DNA of 64,000 nucleotides from Alphaproteobacteria bacterium (GTDB taxonomy: Bacteria > Pseudomonadota > Alphaproteobacteria > GCA-2731375), in assembly GCA_965232515.1 (NCBI GenBank), contig CBDDPY010000002.1:4608001-4672000 (forward strand). Direction: 5' to 3'. The notes below the pieces were generated by a model, which worked only from the letters and a program-made list of their open reading frames with translations, had not been told where the DNA came from and did no database searches. Shown in pieces: positions 9,953 to 21,521 of the stretch (within the stretch, counting starts at the first letter, position 1; each line of letters opens with the position of its first letter). A program made the position numbers and the translations under genes.

Positions 9953-10239
9953 CGACCCTTAAGCTGCGCCCGCGCGCCAACGCCGACCTCGCAGGAGTCT
10001 GGCGATACACGGCGAGGGAGTGGGGCGCTGAAACAGCGGACACCTATGTCCGCCAGATCGATGAAGCTTTTGCCCGCTTAGTCACAAACCCGGAAATCGG
10101 ACCGAGATGCGACGATGTTCGGCCGGGATATCGAAAGTATCTGGTAGGCCGGCATTTGATCTTCTATCGGCTGATCGAACACCAAATTGATGTGATCCGT
10201 ATCCTCCATGTGAGCATGGACACAACTCGACACCTGTAA
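9949..10239 (+). CDS. parE: ParE-type toxin
   Basis: ADLAGVWRYTAREWG, RPGYRKYLVGRHLIFYR, IRILH; GTGA overlap with parD. Confidence 0.92.
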   Translation: MTTLKLRPRANADLAGVWRYTAREWGAETADTYVRQIDEAFARLVTNPEIGPRCDDVRPGYRKYLVGRHLIFYRLIEHQIDVIRILHVSMDTTRHL

Positions 10240-10378
10240 GTGCAGTGCCGGCTGGCTACTGTAGGCTGCGTGCCGTCGTTACGTGCAACAATTCTGAAAT
10301 ATCACGGCCTGTCCTCGCCGAATTGCGCCATACTGCTGGTGTGCAGAAGCACGGTGCGGCGGCATAGGGGGTAGTGAC

Positions 10379-11821
10379 ATGGCGCGGCAACGACGTGATC
10401 CGTATCTGTGGGAAGCTTTGTTGTCGCTGGTGTCGTTGGTAGCGGGGATCAGCATCGCCATCGTCGTCTACGGCACCGATCCGCACATCTCCATGCTGCT
10501 CGGCGTGTTCATCGCCGCCCTGATCGCCTTCAAGGCCGGTTACAGCTGGGAAGCGATCCAGGCCGGCATGCTGCAGGGCATCACCAACTCCCTGCAGGCC
10601 ATCGTCATCCTGCTGATCATCGGCATCCTGATCGGGGTCTGGATCCTGAGCGGCGTGGTGCCGGTGCTGCTCTACTACGGCCTGAAGATCCTCGATCCGA
10701 CGATCTTCCTGCCGGCGACGGTGGTGATCTGCGCCATCACCTCGATCGCCACCGGCACCTCCTGGGGCACGACCGGCACCATCGGCGTCGCCCTGATGGG
10801 CATCGGTTCCGGTCTCGGCTTTCCGCTGCCGATCGTCGCCGGCGCGGTGCTGTCGGGCGCCTATTTCGGCGACAAGATGTCGCCGCTCTCCGACACCACG
10901 AACCTGGCGCCGGCCATGGCCGGCACCGACATCTATACGCACATCCGCCACATGGCCTACACCAGCGGTGTCGCGATCGTGCTAACGCTGATCATCGAGA
11001 CGGTGCTGGGCCTGTTCCTTGGCGGAGGCGAGGAAAACCTCGAAAGCGTGCAGCAGATCCTGGCGGTGCTGGAGCAGGAGTTCAGTCTCAACCCGCTCTT
11101 GCTGATCCCGCCGGTGCTGGTGATCGGCTTCGCCTGGCGCAAGGCGCCGGCGATCCCCGGCATCACGCTGGGTGCGCTGTCGGCCGCGGTGCTGGGCCTG
11201 CTGTTGCAGGACAACAGCTACGAAGACCTGCTGAGCGCCGCCTATAGCGGCTACACCAGCACCACCGGCGTCGATGCCGTCGACAGCCTGCTGACCAAGG
11301 GCGGCTTCACGGCCATGCTCTACGCCATCTCCATCGTGATTTGCGCCATGATGTTCGGCGGCATCATGGAGCACACGAACCAGCTCAAGGTCATCGTCGA
11401 GGCCATCCTGCGCTTCGCCACGGGCAAGAGCTCGCTGATCACCTCGACGGTGCTCACATGCCTCGGCGCCAACCTGGTGCTCTGCGATCAATACATGGCG
11501 ATCGTCATGGGCGGGCGCATGTACGCCCAGGCCTATCCGGAGCGTGACCTGCATCCGAAGAACCTGTCGCGCGCGGTCGAGGACAGCGCCACCGTCACCG
11601 CCTGCCTGGTGCCGTGGAATTCGGGCGGCGCCTATCAGGCGGCGACGCTCGGCGTGGCGACGCTCGCCTATCTGCCGTTCGCCTTCTTCAACTGGTTGTC
11701 GCCACTCGTGACCCTGATCTTCGGCTGGTTCGGCTGGACCATCCATCCGCTCGACGAGGAGACGCGGCAGCGCCTGGCCGCGCGAGCCGCCGAACCCGTG
11801 CCGGGATCGGATCCCGCCTAG
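10379..11821 (+). CDS. nhaC: NhaC family Na+/H+ antiporter-like transporter
   Basis: TGTSWGTTGTIG, SGAYFGDKMSPLSDTTNLAP, LSRAVEDSAT, LVPWNSGG. Confidence 0.92.
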   Translation: MARQRRDPYLWEALLSLVSLVAGISIAIVVYGTDPHISMLLGVFIAALIAFKAGYSWEAIQAGMLQGITNSLQAIVILLIIGILIGVWILSGVVPVLLYYGLKILDPTIFLPATVVICAITSIATGTSWGTTGTIGVALMGIGSGLGFPLPIVAGAVLSGAYFGDKMSPLSDTTNLAPAMAGTDIYTHIRHMAYTSGVAIVLTLIIETVLGLFLGGGEENLESVQQILAVLEQEFSLNPLLLIPPVLVIGFAWRKAPAIPGITLGALSAAVLGLLLQDNSYEDLLSAAYSGYTSTTGVDAVDSLLTKGGFTAMLYAISIVICAMMFGGIMEHTNQLKVIVEAILRFATGKSSLITSTVLTCLGANLVLCDQYMAIVMGGRMYAQAYPERDLHPKNLSRAVEDSATVTACLVPWNSGGAYQAATLGVATLAYLPFAFFNWLSPLVTLIFGWFGWTIHPLDEETRQRLAARAAEPVPGSDPA

Positions 11822-11840
11822 CGTTCGGGAGGGCTGCCCC

Positions 11841-12716
11841 ATGCGCCTGATCGCGCGACGCATATTCATCGGCGGACTGTTGGCGCTGCCGGTGGCGGCG
11901 CGTGCTGCCGATGCCGAGCTCGCCAAGGACTCGACATTGGAAGGCATCCTCAGCCGCGGCCAGCTCCGGGTCGGCTTCGAGGCTGGCTACATGCCGTTCC
12001 AGATGATCGACAAGCGCGCCGGCCTGCGCCAGCGCGACCTGCGGCCGGCCGACGTCCGCCGCGGCGGCCAGCAGGCAAGCTTCATCGGCTTCGACATCGA
12101 TATCGCCCGCGCGATGGCGAACGAACTCGGCGTCAAGTTCGTGCCCGTGCATACCCGCTGGACCAGTATCATTCCGGCGCTCAGGCTCGGCCGCTTCGAC
12201 ATCATCATCAGCGGCATGTCGGTGACGGAAGAACGCCAACGCCTGGTCGATTTCGCCGATCCCTACATGACCATCGGCCAGACCGTGCTGCTGAGCGCCA
12301 AGCATGCCGACAGCGTCAGCAGCCACTCCGACCTCAACGATCCTGCCTTCACTGTCACTTCCAAGCCCGGCACCACCGGCGAGGCGGCCGTCAAGCAGTT
12401 CCTGCCGAACGCCGTCTACGCGCCGCGCGACACCGAGCTGGAAGCCGCGCGCGCCGTCGCCGACGGCGAGGCCGACGCCTTCGTCTACGACCTGCCCTAC
12501 AACGCCGTCTTCACCGCCATGCACGGCGGCGACGCGGTCGTGTTCCTGGACGAGCCGTTCACCTCAGAGCCGCTGGCCTGGGCGATCCGCAAGAACGACC
12601 CCGACTTCCTGAAGTGGCTCAACACCTTCCTGGCTGAGATCAAGGCCGACGGCCGCTACGACAGGATCTATATGAAATGGTTCAGGGAGCGAGACTGGTT
12701 CCAGCGTGTGCGCTGA
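11841..12716 (+). CDS. Polar amino-acid substrate-binding protein (family 3), with no ABC partners adjacent
   Basis: LRVGFEAGYMPF, IGFDIDIA, FDIIISGMSVTEER, DFADPY; ARRIFI signal peptide. Confidence 0.9.
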   Translation: MRLIARRIFIGGLLALPVAARAADAELAKDSTLEGILSRGQLRVGFEAGYMPFQMIDKRAGLRQRDLRPADVRRGGQQASFIGFDIDIARAMANELGVKFVPVHTRWTSIIPALRLGRFDIIISGMSVTEERQRLVDFADPYMTIGQTVLLSAKHADSVSSHSDLNDPAFTVTSKPGTTGEAAVKQFLPNAVYAPRDTELEAARAVADGEADAFVYDLPYNAVFTAMHGGDAVVFLDEPFTSEPLAWAIRKNDPDFLKWLNTFLAEIKADGRYDRIYMKWFRERDWFQRVR

Positions 12717-12720
12717 CGCG

Positions 12721-13851
12721 TCAATCCAGCATCCGCGAAATCACGATGCGCTGCACCTCCGACGTGCCCTCGTAGATCTGGTAGACGCGGACGTCGCGGT
12801 AGATCTTCTCGACCGGGAAGTCTTCGAGATAGCCGTAGCCGCCGTGGATCTGGATCGCGGCCGAGGCCACACGCTCGGCCATCTCGGACGCATAGAGCTT
12901 TGCCATCGAGGCCTCGCGGGCGCACGGCAGGCCCCGGTCCTTCAGCGCCGCCGCGTGCAGATAGAGCCGGCGCGCGGCCTCGACCTCCGTCGCCATCTCG
13001 GCCAGCCGGAAGGCGATCGCCTGGTGTTCGATGATCTTCTGACCGAACGTCTCGCGTTCCTGGGCATAGGCGAGCGCAGCCTCCAGCGCCGCCCGCGCGC
13101 CGCCGGTCGCCTGCGCCGCGACGCCGATGCGGCCCGCCGACAGGTTGGCGAGCGCGATGCCGAGGCCGCGTCCGGGCTCGCCCAGCACGTCGCTGGTCGG
13201 CACCCGCATGTCGTCGAAGGCGATCTGGCAGGTGTCGTTCGTGCGGTGGCCGAGCTTGCGCTCCTTGGCGATCACCCGATAGCCCGGATTGTCGGTCGGC
13301 GTGATGAAGCAGGTGATGCCGCGCTTGCCGGCGTCGGGATCGGTGACGGCGACGATCATCGCGAGATCCGCCGTGCCGCCACCGGTGATGAAGGCCTTGT
13401 GGCCGCTCAGCACATAGTCGTCGCCGTCGCGCACCGCCCGCGTGCGGATCGCCGCCGCGTCCGAGCCCGTGTGCGGCTCGGTCAGGTGGATGCAGCCGAT
13501 CCATTCGCCCGACGTCAGTTTCGTCAGGTAGTCCCGCTTCTGCCGTTCGGTGCCGTGGTCCTGCAGTGCGACGGCGACGGGCGAGTTGTTCGCCGCCATC
13601 ATGTTCGACAGCCCGCCGTCGGCTGCCGAAATCTCCTCGATCGCCAGCACATAGGCGGTGAAGTCGGCCCCCGCGCCGCCATAGTCCGGATCGATGGTCA
13701 CGCCCATCAGCCCGGCCTCGGCCATCTTCTCCAGCACCGCCCGCGGCGCGCCCTCCGCCCGGTCCCAGTCGGCGGCAAAGGGCGCGATCTCGCGTTCGGC
13801 GAACGCCCGCGCCGTCGCCTGGATCAGACGCTGCTCTTCGGTGAGCGGCAT
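12721..13851 (-). CDS. Acyl-CoA dehydrogenase
   Basis: LTEPHTGSDA, GHKAFITGG, QIHGGYGYL, QIYEGTSEVQR. Confidence 0.93.
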   Translation of the reverse strand: MPLTEEQRLIQATARAFAEREIAPFAADWDRAEGAPRAVLEKMAEAGLMGVTIDPDYGGAGADFTAYVLAIEEISAADGGLSNMMAANNSPVAVALQDHGTERQKRDYLTKLTSGEWIGCIHLTEPHTGSDAAAIRTRAVRDGDDYVLSGHKAFITGGGTADLAMIVAVTDPDAGKRGITCFITPTDNPGYRVIAKERKLGHRTNDTCQIAFDDMRVPTSDVLGEPGRGLGIALANLSAGRIGVAAQATGGARAALEAALAYAQERETFGQKIIEHQAIAFRLAEMATEVEAARRLYLHAAALKDRGLPCAREASMAKLYASEMAERVASAAIQIHGGYGYLEDFPVEKIYRDVRVYQIYEGTSEVQRIVISRMLD

Positions 13852-13876
13852 TGGCGGATGCCGCGCACGGTCTCCG

Positions 13877-15817
<1,941 letters not shown>

Positions 15818-16097
15818 GACCTTCAGAACCTCCCCAGTTCGGTCTCGTCGCGGCGGCTGCGTTGACCGCCCAGGTTTGCCGCGAATTATCCGACCAAACA
15901 GGCCGCGTCACAAGGCGGGCGACATGGTGACGCAGATTTGACGCGCCGAGGGGCGGAAAGGCGCGTGGCGTCGCAGCAAATCCGAACCTTACGAATTTGT
16001 AAGGCGGCGGAAAGGGCGCCGTAAGCTCGGCCCCCCATCTGGCTTCCAGAATTGCACGGCGTGCGTCCGGCGCGCGCCGCGAGACAGGAGAGCTGCG

Positions 16098-17660
16098 ATG
16101 CCAGATGCAAACCACTTCGTTCGACGGCGCAAGACCGGTGCGGTTCTGGCGGCCGTCGCCGTGGCCGCGATCGCCGGCACGGCGCTGGCCGCGGTCAACA
16201 CCGGCGGGCTGAAGGGCAACACGGCGCTCACGCCGGTCGCCGCCATCGAGACCGTGGCGCCGCCCGCCGGCGCGCCGGTCAGCTTCGCCGATGTGATCGA
16301 GCGGGTCAGCCCCGCCGTCGTCAACATTCAGGTGGCTCGCCAGGTCGACGACCGTTCAACGAACAGTCCGCGCTTCCGCGGCGACCGTCCCAACACGCCG
16401 CCCTTCGACGATTTCTTCCGGCGGTTCTTCGACGACGAGGAGTTCCAACGACGCTTCGGCGGTCGCGGACCAGACCGCGAGCGCGCGCCGCGCCGCGCCG
16501 CCGGACTCGGCTCCGGCTTCATCATCTCGGCCGACGGTTATGTCGTATCCAATGACCATGTCGTCGGCGAAGCCGACGAAATCACGGTGATCCTGGGCGA
16601 TGGCCGCAAGTACGAGGCCGCGCTGGTCGGTCGCGATCCGAAGACCGATCTCGCGCTGCTGAAGATCGAGGACGGCGAGGATCTGCCTTTCGTGCGCTTC
16701 GCCGAAACCGACAGTGCCCGCGTCGGCGACTGGGTGGTGGCCGTCGGCAATCCGTTCGGCCTCGGCCAGACGGTCACGGCCGGCATCGTCTCGGCCCGCG
16801 GCCGCACCATCGGCGCCGGTCCCTATGACGATTTCCTGCAGATCGACGCCGCCATCAACCGCGGCAACTCGGGCGGTCCGGCCTTCAACCTCAAGGGCGA
16901 AGTGATCGGCGTCAACACCGCCATCCTGTCGCCCAGCGGCGGCAGTGTCGGCATCGGCTTCGCCATTCCGGCCGGATTGGCGCAGGACGTCATCGCCGAT
17001 CTGCGCGACGACGGCCGCATCGAGCGCGGCTGGCTCGGCGTCAGCATCCAGGGCGTCACCGACGACATCGCCGAAAGCCTGGATCTGGACAAGGCCCGCG
17101 GCGCCATCGTCTCCGATGTCACGCCCGACAGCCCGGCCGCCGCCGCCGGGATCCAGGCCGGCGACGTCATCGTCGCGGTGAACGGCGAGGCGGTCGAAAG
17201 CGTGCGCACGTTGCCGCGGCTGATTGCAGAGATCGATCCCGGCGAGACGGCTGAGCTCGGGATCTGGCGCCGCGGCAGCGAGATCGCCGTCGATGTCGAG
17301 ATCGGCGAGTTGGACGAGACGCCGGAAGTCGCGTCGCTTCAGAACGACGATGCCACGGCTGAGGATGCGCTGGGTCTGCAACTCGCCCGACTCGATCCGT
17401 CGGCGCGCCGCGCCTTCGATATCGGTCCCGACGTCGACGGCGTGGTCATCGCCGATGTCGCGCCCGACAGCCAGGCCGCCGAGAAGGGCCTGCGCCCCGG
17501 CGACGTCATCGTCGCCGTCGATACATCCGATGTGTCGACGCCCGCCGACGTCGTCGCCGGCATCAAAGCCGTCAAAGACAAGGGCCAGAACGCGGTCCTC
17601 TTGCGGGTCAGCCGCGACGCGCGGGAGCGTTTCGTCGCCCTGCGACTGCGCGCCGCCTGA
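16098..17660 (+). CDS. degP: DegP/HtrA (Do) periplasmic serine protease with two PDZ domains
   Basis: LGSGFII, SNDHVV, DPKTDLAL, QIDAAINRGNSGGP, RGWLGV; AGGAG RBS. Confidence 0.93.
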   Translation: MPDANHFVRRRKTGAVLAAVAVAAIAGTALAAVNTGGLKGNTALTPVAAIETVAPPAGAPVSFADVIERVSPAVVNIQVARQVDDRSTNSPRFRGDRPNTPPFDDFFRRFFDDEEFQRRFGGRGPDRERAPRRAAGLGSGFIISADGYVVSNDHVVGEADEITVILGDGRKYEAALVGRDPKTDLALLKIEDGEDLPFVRFAETDSARVGDWVVAVGNPFGLGQTVTAGIVSARGRTIGAGPYDDFLQIDAAINRGNSGGPAFNLKGEVIGVNTAILSPSGGSVGIGFAIPAGLAQDVIADLRDDGRIERGWLGVSIQGVTDDIAESLDLDKARGAIVSDVTPDSPAAAAGIQAGDVIVAVNGEAVESVRTLPRLIAEIDPGETAELGIWRRGSEIAVDVEIGELDETPEVASLQNDDATAEDALGLQLARLDPSARRAFDIGPDVDGVVIADVAPDSQAAEKGLRPGDVIVAVDTSDVSTPADVVAGIKAVKDKGQNAVLLRVSRDARERFVALRLRAA

Positions 17661-17756
17661 CCCGATTCCGGCCGCCGGTCCGTCGCCAACCCCGACCTCG
17701 CCCTCCCCCGCGAAGGACGGGATGCGCCGGACCGGCGTGCCGGGAAAAGTTTTCCG

Positions 17757-17808
17757 ACCCCCCTCCCGAACCCTTGACCGTATGCGTTCAAGGGTTCGGG
17801 AGGGGGGT
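17757..17808. repeat. Perfect 21-bp inverted repeat (hairpin) between degP and the response regulator
   Basis: ACCCCCCTCCCGAACCCTTGA, 10-nt loop, TCAAGGGTTCGGGAGGGGGGT. Confidence 0.8.
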
Positions 17809-17864
17809 GTTAGCAACGCCTCGCCACCGCATTCCGGTATAAACTCTCCCTGGAGCAAGCCGAT

Positions 17865-18542
17865 ATGCGCGTCCTGGTCATCGAAGACGATTCCGAAGCC
17901 GCCCGCTACATGGTCAAGGGCCTGGCCGAGTCCGGCCATCTCGCCGACCACGCGGCCGACGGCGTCGAGGGGCTGGCCATGGCCGAGAGCGGCCAGTACG
18001 ACGTGCTGGTGGTCGACCGCATGCTGCCGCGTCTCGACGGCCTCTCGGTGGTGGCCCGGTTCCGGGCCGACGGCGGCGACACGCCGGTGCTGTTCCTGAG
18101 CGCCCTCGGCCAAGTCGACGACCGGGTCAAGGGCCTGAAAGCCGGCGGTGACGACTATCTCGTCAAGCCCTATGCCTTCTCCGAGCTGCTGGCCCGCATC
18201 GAGGCGCTGGCCCGACGTCGCAACCCGGCCCAGGCCGAGACCAGCTTTCGCGTCGGCGACCTGGAGCTGGACCTGCTGGCCCGGCAGGTTACCCGCGCCG
18301 GCCAACGTATCGAGCTGCAGCCGCGCGAGTTCCAGCTGCTCGAATACCTGATCAAGCATGCCGGCCAGGTCGTCACCCGCACCATGCTGCTGGAAAACGT
18401 CTGGGACTATCACTTCGATCCGCAAACCAGCGTCATCGACGTCCATATCAGCAGGCTCAGGGCGAAGATCGACAAGGGCTTCGACAAGCCCCTGCTGCAC
18501 ACCGTCCGCGGCGCCGGCTACTGCCTGCGCGAGGCGGATTGA
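17865..18542 (+). CDS. OmpR-family response regulator
   Basis: VLVIEDD, VVDRMLP, GGDDYLVKPY, VIDVHISRLRAKID, HTVRGAGY. Confidence 0.95.
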   Translation: MRVLVIEDDSEAARYMVKGLAESGHLADHAADGVEGLAMAESGQYDVLVVDRMLPRLDGLSVVARFRADGGDTPVLFLSALGQVDDRVKGLKAGGDDYLVKPYAFSELLARIEALARRRNPAQAETSFRVGDLELDLLARQVTRAGQRIELQPREFQLLEYLIKHAGQVVTRTMLLENVWDYHFDPQTSVIDVHISRLRAKIDKGFDKPLLHTVRGAGYCLREAD

Positions 18543-18574
18543 GCGGGGATGACGACACCAAATGCTGCCATACC

Positions 18575-18651
18575 GTCATTGCCGGGCGCGACCCGGCAAT
18601 CCGACGGCCGTGCAGTTTTCCCTGGATGCCCGGATCAAGTCCGGGCATGAC
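18575..18651. repeat. Alphaproteobacterial palindromic repeat (RPE/REP-like, GTCAT...ATGAC ends)
   Basis: GTCATTGCCGGGCGCGACCCGGCAATCC ... TGGATGCCCGGATCAAGTCCGGGCATGAC. Confidence 0.75.
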
Positions 18652-18686
18652 GATTGGTCGACACTAAACGACATAAAGCCGCCAAG

Positions 18687-20069
18687 GTGCAGCCCGGCAA
18701 GCTGCTGCGCACCTCCACCTTCCGGCTGGCGTTGCTGTATCTGGCGCTGTTCTGCCTGTCGGTGCTGGCGCTGCTCGGCTTCATCTATTGGAACACGATC
18801 GGCTTCGTCGCCGATCAGACCGACGCCACCGTCAACGCCGAGATCACCGGCCTCGCCGAGCAGTACCGCCGCACCGGCATCGCGGGCCTGCGCGCCGTCG
18901 TCGACGAGCGCAGCCGAAACCAGCGCTACAGCCTTTATTTGCTCACCAGTCCTGGCCCCGCGCGCGTTCCGGTCGCCGGCAATCTCGATGCCTGGCCGCC
19001 GGTCGAGACCGGGCCCGGCGGCTGGCTCGACTTCGTCTACGACCGGCCCATGGGCCCCGACATCGAGACGCATCAGGCCCGCGCCCGGCACTTGTCTCTT
19101 GCCGGCGGCTTCAACCTACTGGTCGGCCGCGACGTCGAGGAGCGTCGCCGGCTCGAATTGCTGATCCAGGAATCCCTGCTCTGGGCCATGGCGCTGACGC
19201 TCGGCCTGGGCCTGATCGGCGGCGTGGTGATCAGCCGCAACATGCTGCGCCGTATCGACGGTATCGCGCGGGCGAGCCAGGAGATCATGGCCGGCGATTT
19301 CAGCCGCCGCGTGCCGGTCGGCGGCAGCGGCGACGAGATCGACCGCCTGGCCGCCAATCTCAATACCATGCTGGACGAGATCGAGCGTCTGATGACCGGC
19401 CTGCGCGAGGTTACCGACAACATCGCGCACGACCTGCGCAGCCCGCTCAACCGCCTGCGCAACCGGCTCGAGGTGACGCTGATGCAAGAGCCCTCGGCGC
19501 CCGCCTATCGCGACGCCATCGGCGAAGCGGTCGCCGACGCCGAGGGCCTGCTGAACACCTTCAACGCCCTGCTCGGTATTGCCCGGGCCGACGCTGGCGC
19601 GCCGGGTGAGAACCTGGAACCGCTTGACCCCGGTGCGCTGGTCCGCGACGTCGCCGAGCTCTACGCCCCGGCTGCCGAGGACAAGGGCCTGACGCTCGAC
19701 CACCGCATCGACGATGGCCTCGGCCTCAACGGTGACCGCCACCTGCTGTCGCAGGCGCTCGCCAACCTCGTCGACAATGCCGTCAAGTACACACCCGCCG
19801 GCGGCCGCATCCTCGTCGCCACCCGGCGCGACGGGGCTGCTGTCGAGCTCAGTGTCGCCGACAGCGGCCCCGGCGTTCCGCCGGCCGACCGAACCCGCGT
19901 CCTTGACCGTTTCGTCCGCCTCGACGCCAGCCGCCACAGCCCCGGCAGCGGCCTCGGCCTCAGCCTGGTCCGCGCCGTCGCCCGCCGCCACGGCGCCGAA
20001 CTGCGCCTGGAAGACAACGCCCCCGGTCTGCGCGCCGTGCTGCGTTTTCCGGCGATGGCCGAGCGCTGA
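18687..20069 (+). CDS. HAMP sensor histidine kinase
   Basis: Two TM segments, IAHDLRSPL, NLVDNAVKY, DSGPG, GSGLGL. Confidence 0.93.
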   Translation: MQPGKLLRTSTFRLALLYLALFCLSVLALLGFIYWNTIGFVADQTDATVNAEITGLAEQYRRTGIAGLRAVVDERSRNQRYSLYLLTSPGPARVPVAGNLDAWPPVETGPGGWLDFVYDRPMGPDIETHQARARHLSLAGGFNLLVGRDVEERRRLELLIQESLLWAMALTLGLGLIGGVVISRNMLRRIDGIARASQEIMAGDFSRRVPVGGSGDEIDRLAANLNTMLDEIERLMTGLREVTDNIAHDLRSPLNRLRNRLEVTLMQEPSAPAYRDAIGEAVADAEGLLNTFNALLGIARADAGAPGENLEPLDPGALVRDVAELYAPAAEDKGLTLDHRIDDGLGLNGDRHLLSQALANLVDNAVKYTPAGGRILVATRRDGAAVELSVADSGPGVPPADRTRVLDRFVRLDASRHSPGSGLGLSLVRAVARRHGAELRLEDNAPGLRAVLRFPAMAER

Positions 20070-20076
20070 CCCACGC

Positions 20077-20114
20077 ATCCTCCGAGACGCGGGCTGCGCC
20101 CGCTCCTCAGGATG
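20077..20114. repeat. REP-like palindrome (left copy, interrupted by the IS)
   Basis: CATCCTCCGAGACGCGGGCTGCGCCCGCTCCTCAGGATG, continuing as AGG after the IS; inverted partner of 21340-21381. Confidence 0.7.
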
Positions 20115-21289
20115 GAGACCTTTGCACGGTTTTGGGAAGCGTGATTCACTGACGGTATAGGGGCTGTCGGTGAGGGTTTGAGATGTCTCGCAAGCGTGTT
20201 GGTCAGCTGGGGTTTGAGGACGCGGTTGTCGAGGCGCGGCTTGGCGCTCGGTTCGATCGGCTGTCGAAGATCAATGATCTTGTGGACTGGCGGCCGTTTG
20301 AGGCGCTGCTGGAGGGGCTTTATCCGTCGCGTCGGGGCGAGCCGTCTTATCCGGCGCTGATCATGTTCAAGGTGCTGCTGTTGCAGCGCTGGTACAATCT
20401 GTCGGATCCGATGATGGAGGAGGCGTTGGCGGACCGGATCTCGTTCCGTCGGTTTGTCGGTCTGAGCCTGAGCGATCCGGTTCCCGATCACTCGACGATC
20501 CACCGTTTCCGGGACCGTCTACGCGGGGCGGCGCGTCTTGAGGCGCTGATGGGGGAGTTGTCGCGTCAGCTCGAAGCGCACCAGGTCGTGCTCAAACAAG
20601 GCACGTTGATTGATGCCAGCCTGGTGAGCAGCGCGGCGCGGCGGCCTCGGATCAAGGAAGGCCGGACCAGCCGGACCGATCCGGATGCGCGCTTTGGCAC
20701 CAACAACGAGCGCCGGCGCTATAGCTTTGGCTACAAGCTGCATGTGGCCGTGGATCAGGGCTCGGCGCTGATCCGCGGCCTGTTTCTGACGCCGGCCAAT
20801 CGCCAGGAGATCGACTTTGCCGCCGATTTGGTTCAGGGCGACGAGCAGGCCGTCTATGCCGACCGTGGTTATGACGCCCGGCGCCTGCGCGATCATCTGG
20901 CGGCGCTCGGCATCGCCGACGGGGTCATGCGCCATGCCCGTAAAGGCAGGCCGCTCAACGCCGAAGAGACCGCCCGGAACCACCGGCTGGTGGCCCGGCG
21001 CCGACCGGTCGAGAAGATCTTCGGCACCCTCAAACGAAGCTACCGCCTCAGCCGCCTGCCGCATTTCAGCCAAGCACGCAACGAAGTCACCGTCACGCTC
21101 GCCTGTTTCGCCTACAACCTGCGACGCCTCGCCGTCCTCTGCGCAACTTGAGGCCGCTCGATATCGACCTCATCGACAGCAAACAGGCCTCAAGCCGGTC
21201 AGCGGCTCGAAAACAGGCGCGATCGCCGCTAACAACCCAGCGCCAAGCTCGAACATAGCGACAAACAACACCTACCGTGCAAAGGTCTC
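20115..21289 (+). mobile_element. IS5-family insertion sequence (about 1175 bp)
   Basis: 16-bp perfect terminal IRs GAGACCTTTGCACGGT (20115-20130 and 21274-21289); flanking direct repeat CAGGATG (20108-20114 and 21290-21296); single transposase. Confidence 0.93.
20183..21151 (+). CDS. IS5 family DDE transposase
   Basis: LLQRWYNLSD, VPDHSTIHRFR, LIDAS, FGYKLH, YADRGY, RRPVEKIFGTLKR. Confidence 0.95.
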   Translation: MSRKRVGQLGFEDAVVEARLGARFDRLSKINDLVDWRPFEALLEGLYPSRRGEPSYPALIMFKVLLLQRWYNLSDPMMEEALADRISFRRFVGLSLSDPVPDHSTIHRFRDRLRGAARLEALMGELSRQLEAHQVVLKQGTLIDASLVSSAARRPRIKEGRTSRTDPDARFGTNNERRRYSFGYKLHVAVDQGSALIRGLFLTPANRQEIDFAADLVQGDEQAVYADRGYDARRLRDHLAALGIADGVMRHARKGRPLNAEETARNHRLVARRRPVEKIFGTLKRSYRLSRLPHFSQARNEVTVTLACFAYNLRRLAVLCAT

Positions 21290-21339
21290 CAGGATGAGGT
21301 TGAGCATTTGGCTAAACCGCTCTTTCGTCATCTACCTGT

Positions 21340-21381
21340 CCTCGTCCTGAGGAGCCGCCGCAGGCGGCGTCTCGAAGGACG
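21340..21381. repeat. REP-like palindrome (right copy)
   Basis: CCTCGTCCTGAGGAGCCGCCGCAGGCGGCGTCTCGAAGGACG. Confidence 0.7.
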
Positions 21382-21521
21382 ACGTGCCGAACGGTACCGG
21401 CATGCCATTCTTGATCATTGATCGGCGATGAGTTGTAGAGCGACACCTCATCGCCTCCCGGCTGGACACTTGCGCGGGAATAGGCCAGTAACAGGGTCGG
21501 GACGCGTCAGGAGGAAAGCCC

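Noticed and set aside
16356-18500. 714-aa minus-strand ORF (similar long ORFs at 6399-7982, 14166-16115, 25796-27646, 29392-31272 and 60281-62332)
   Set aside because: Antisense or alternate-frame shadows of well-supported genes, expected in high-GC DNA; no recognisable motifs
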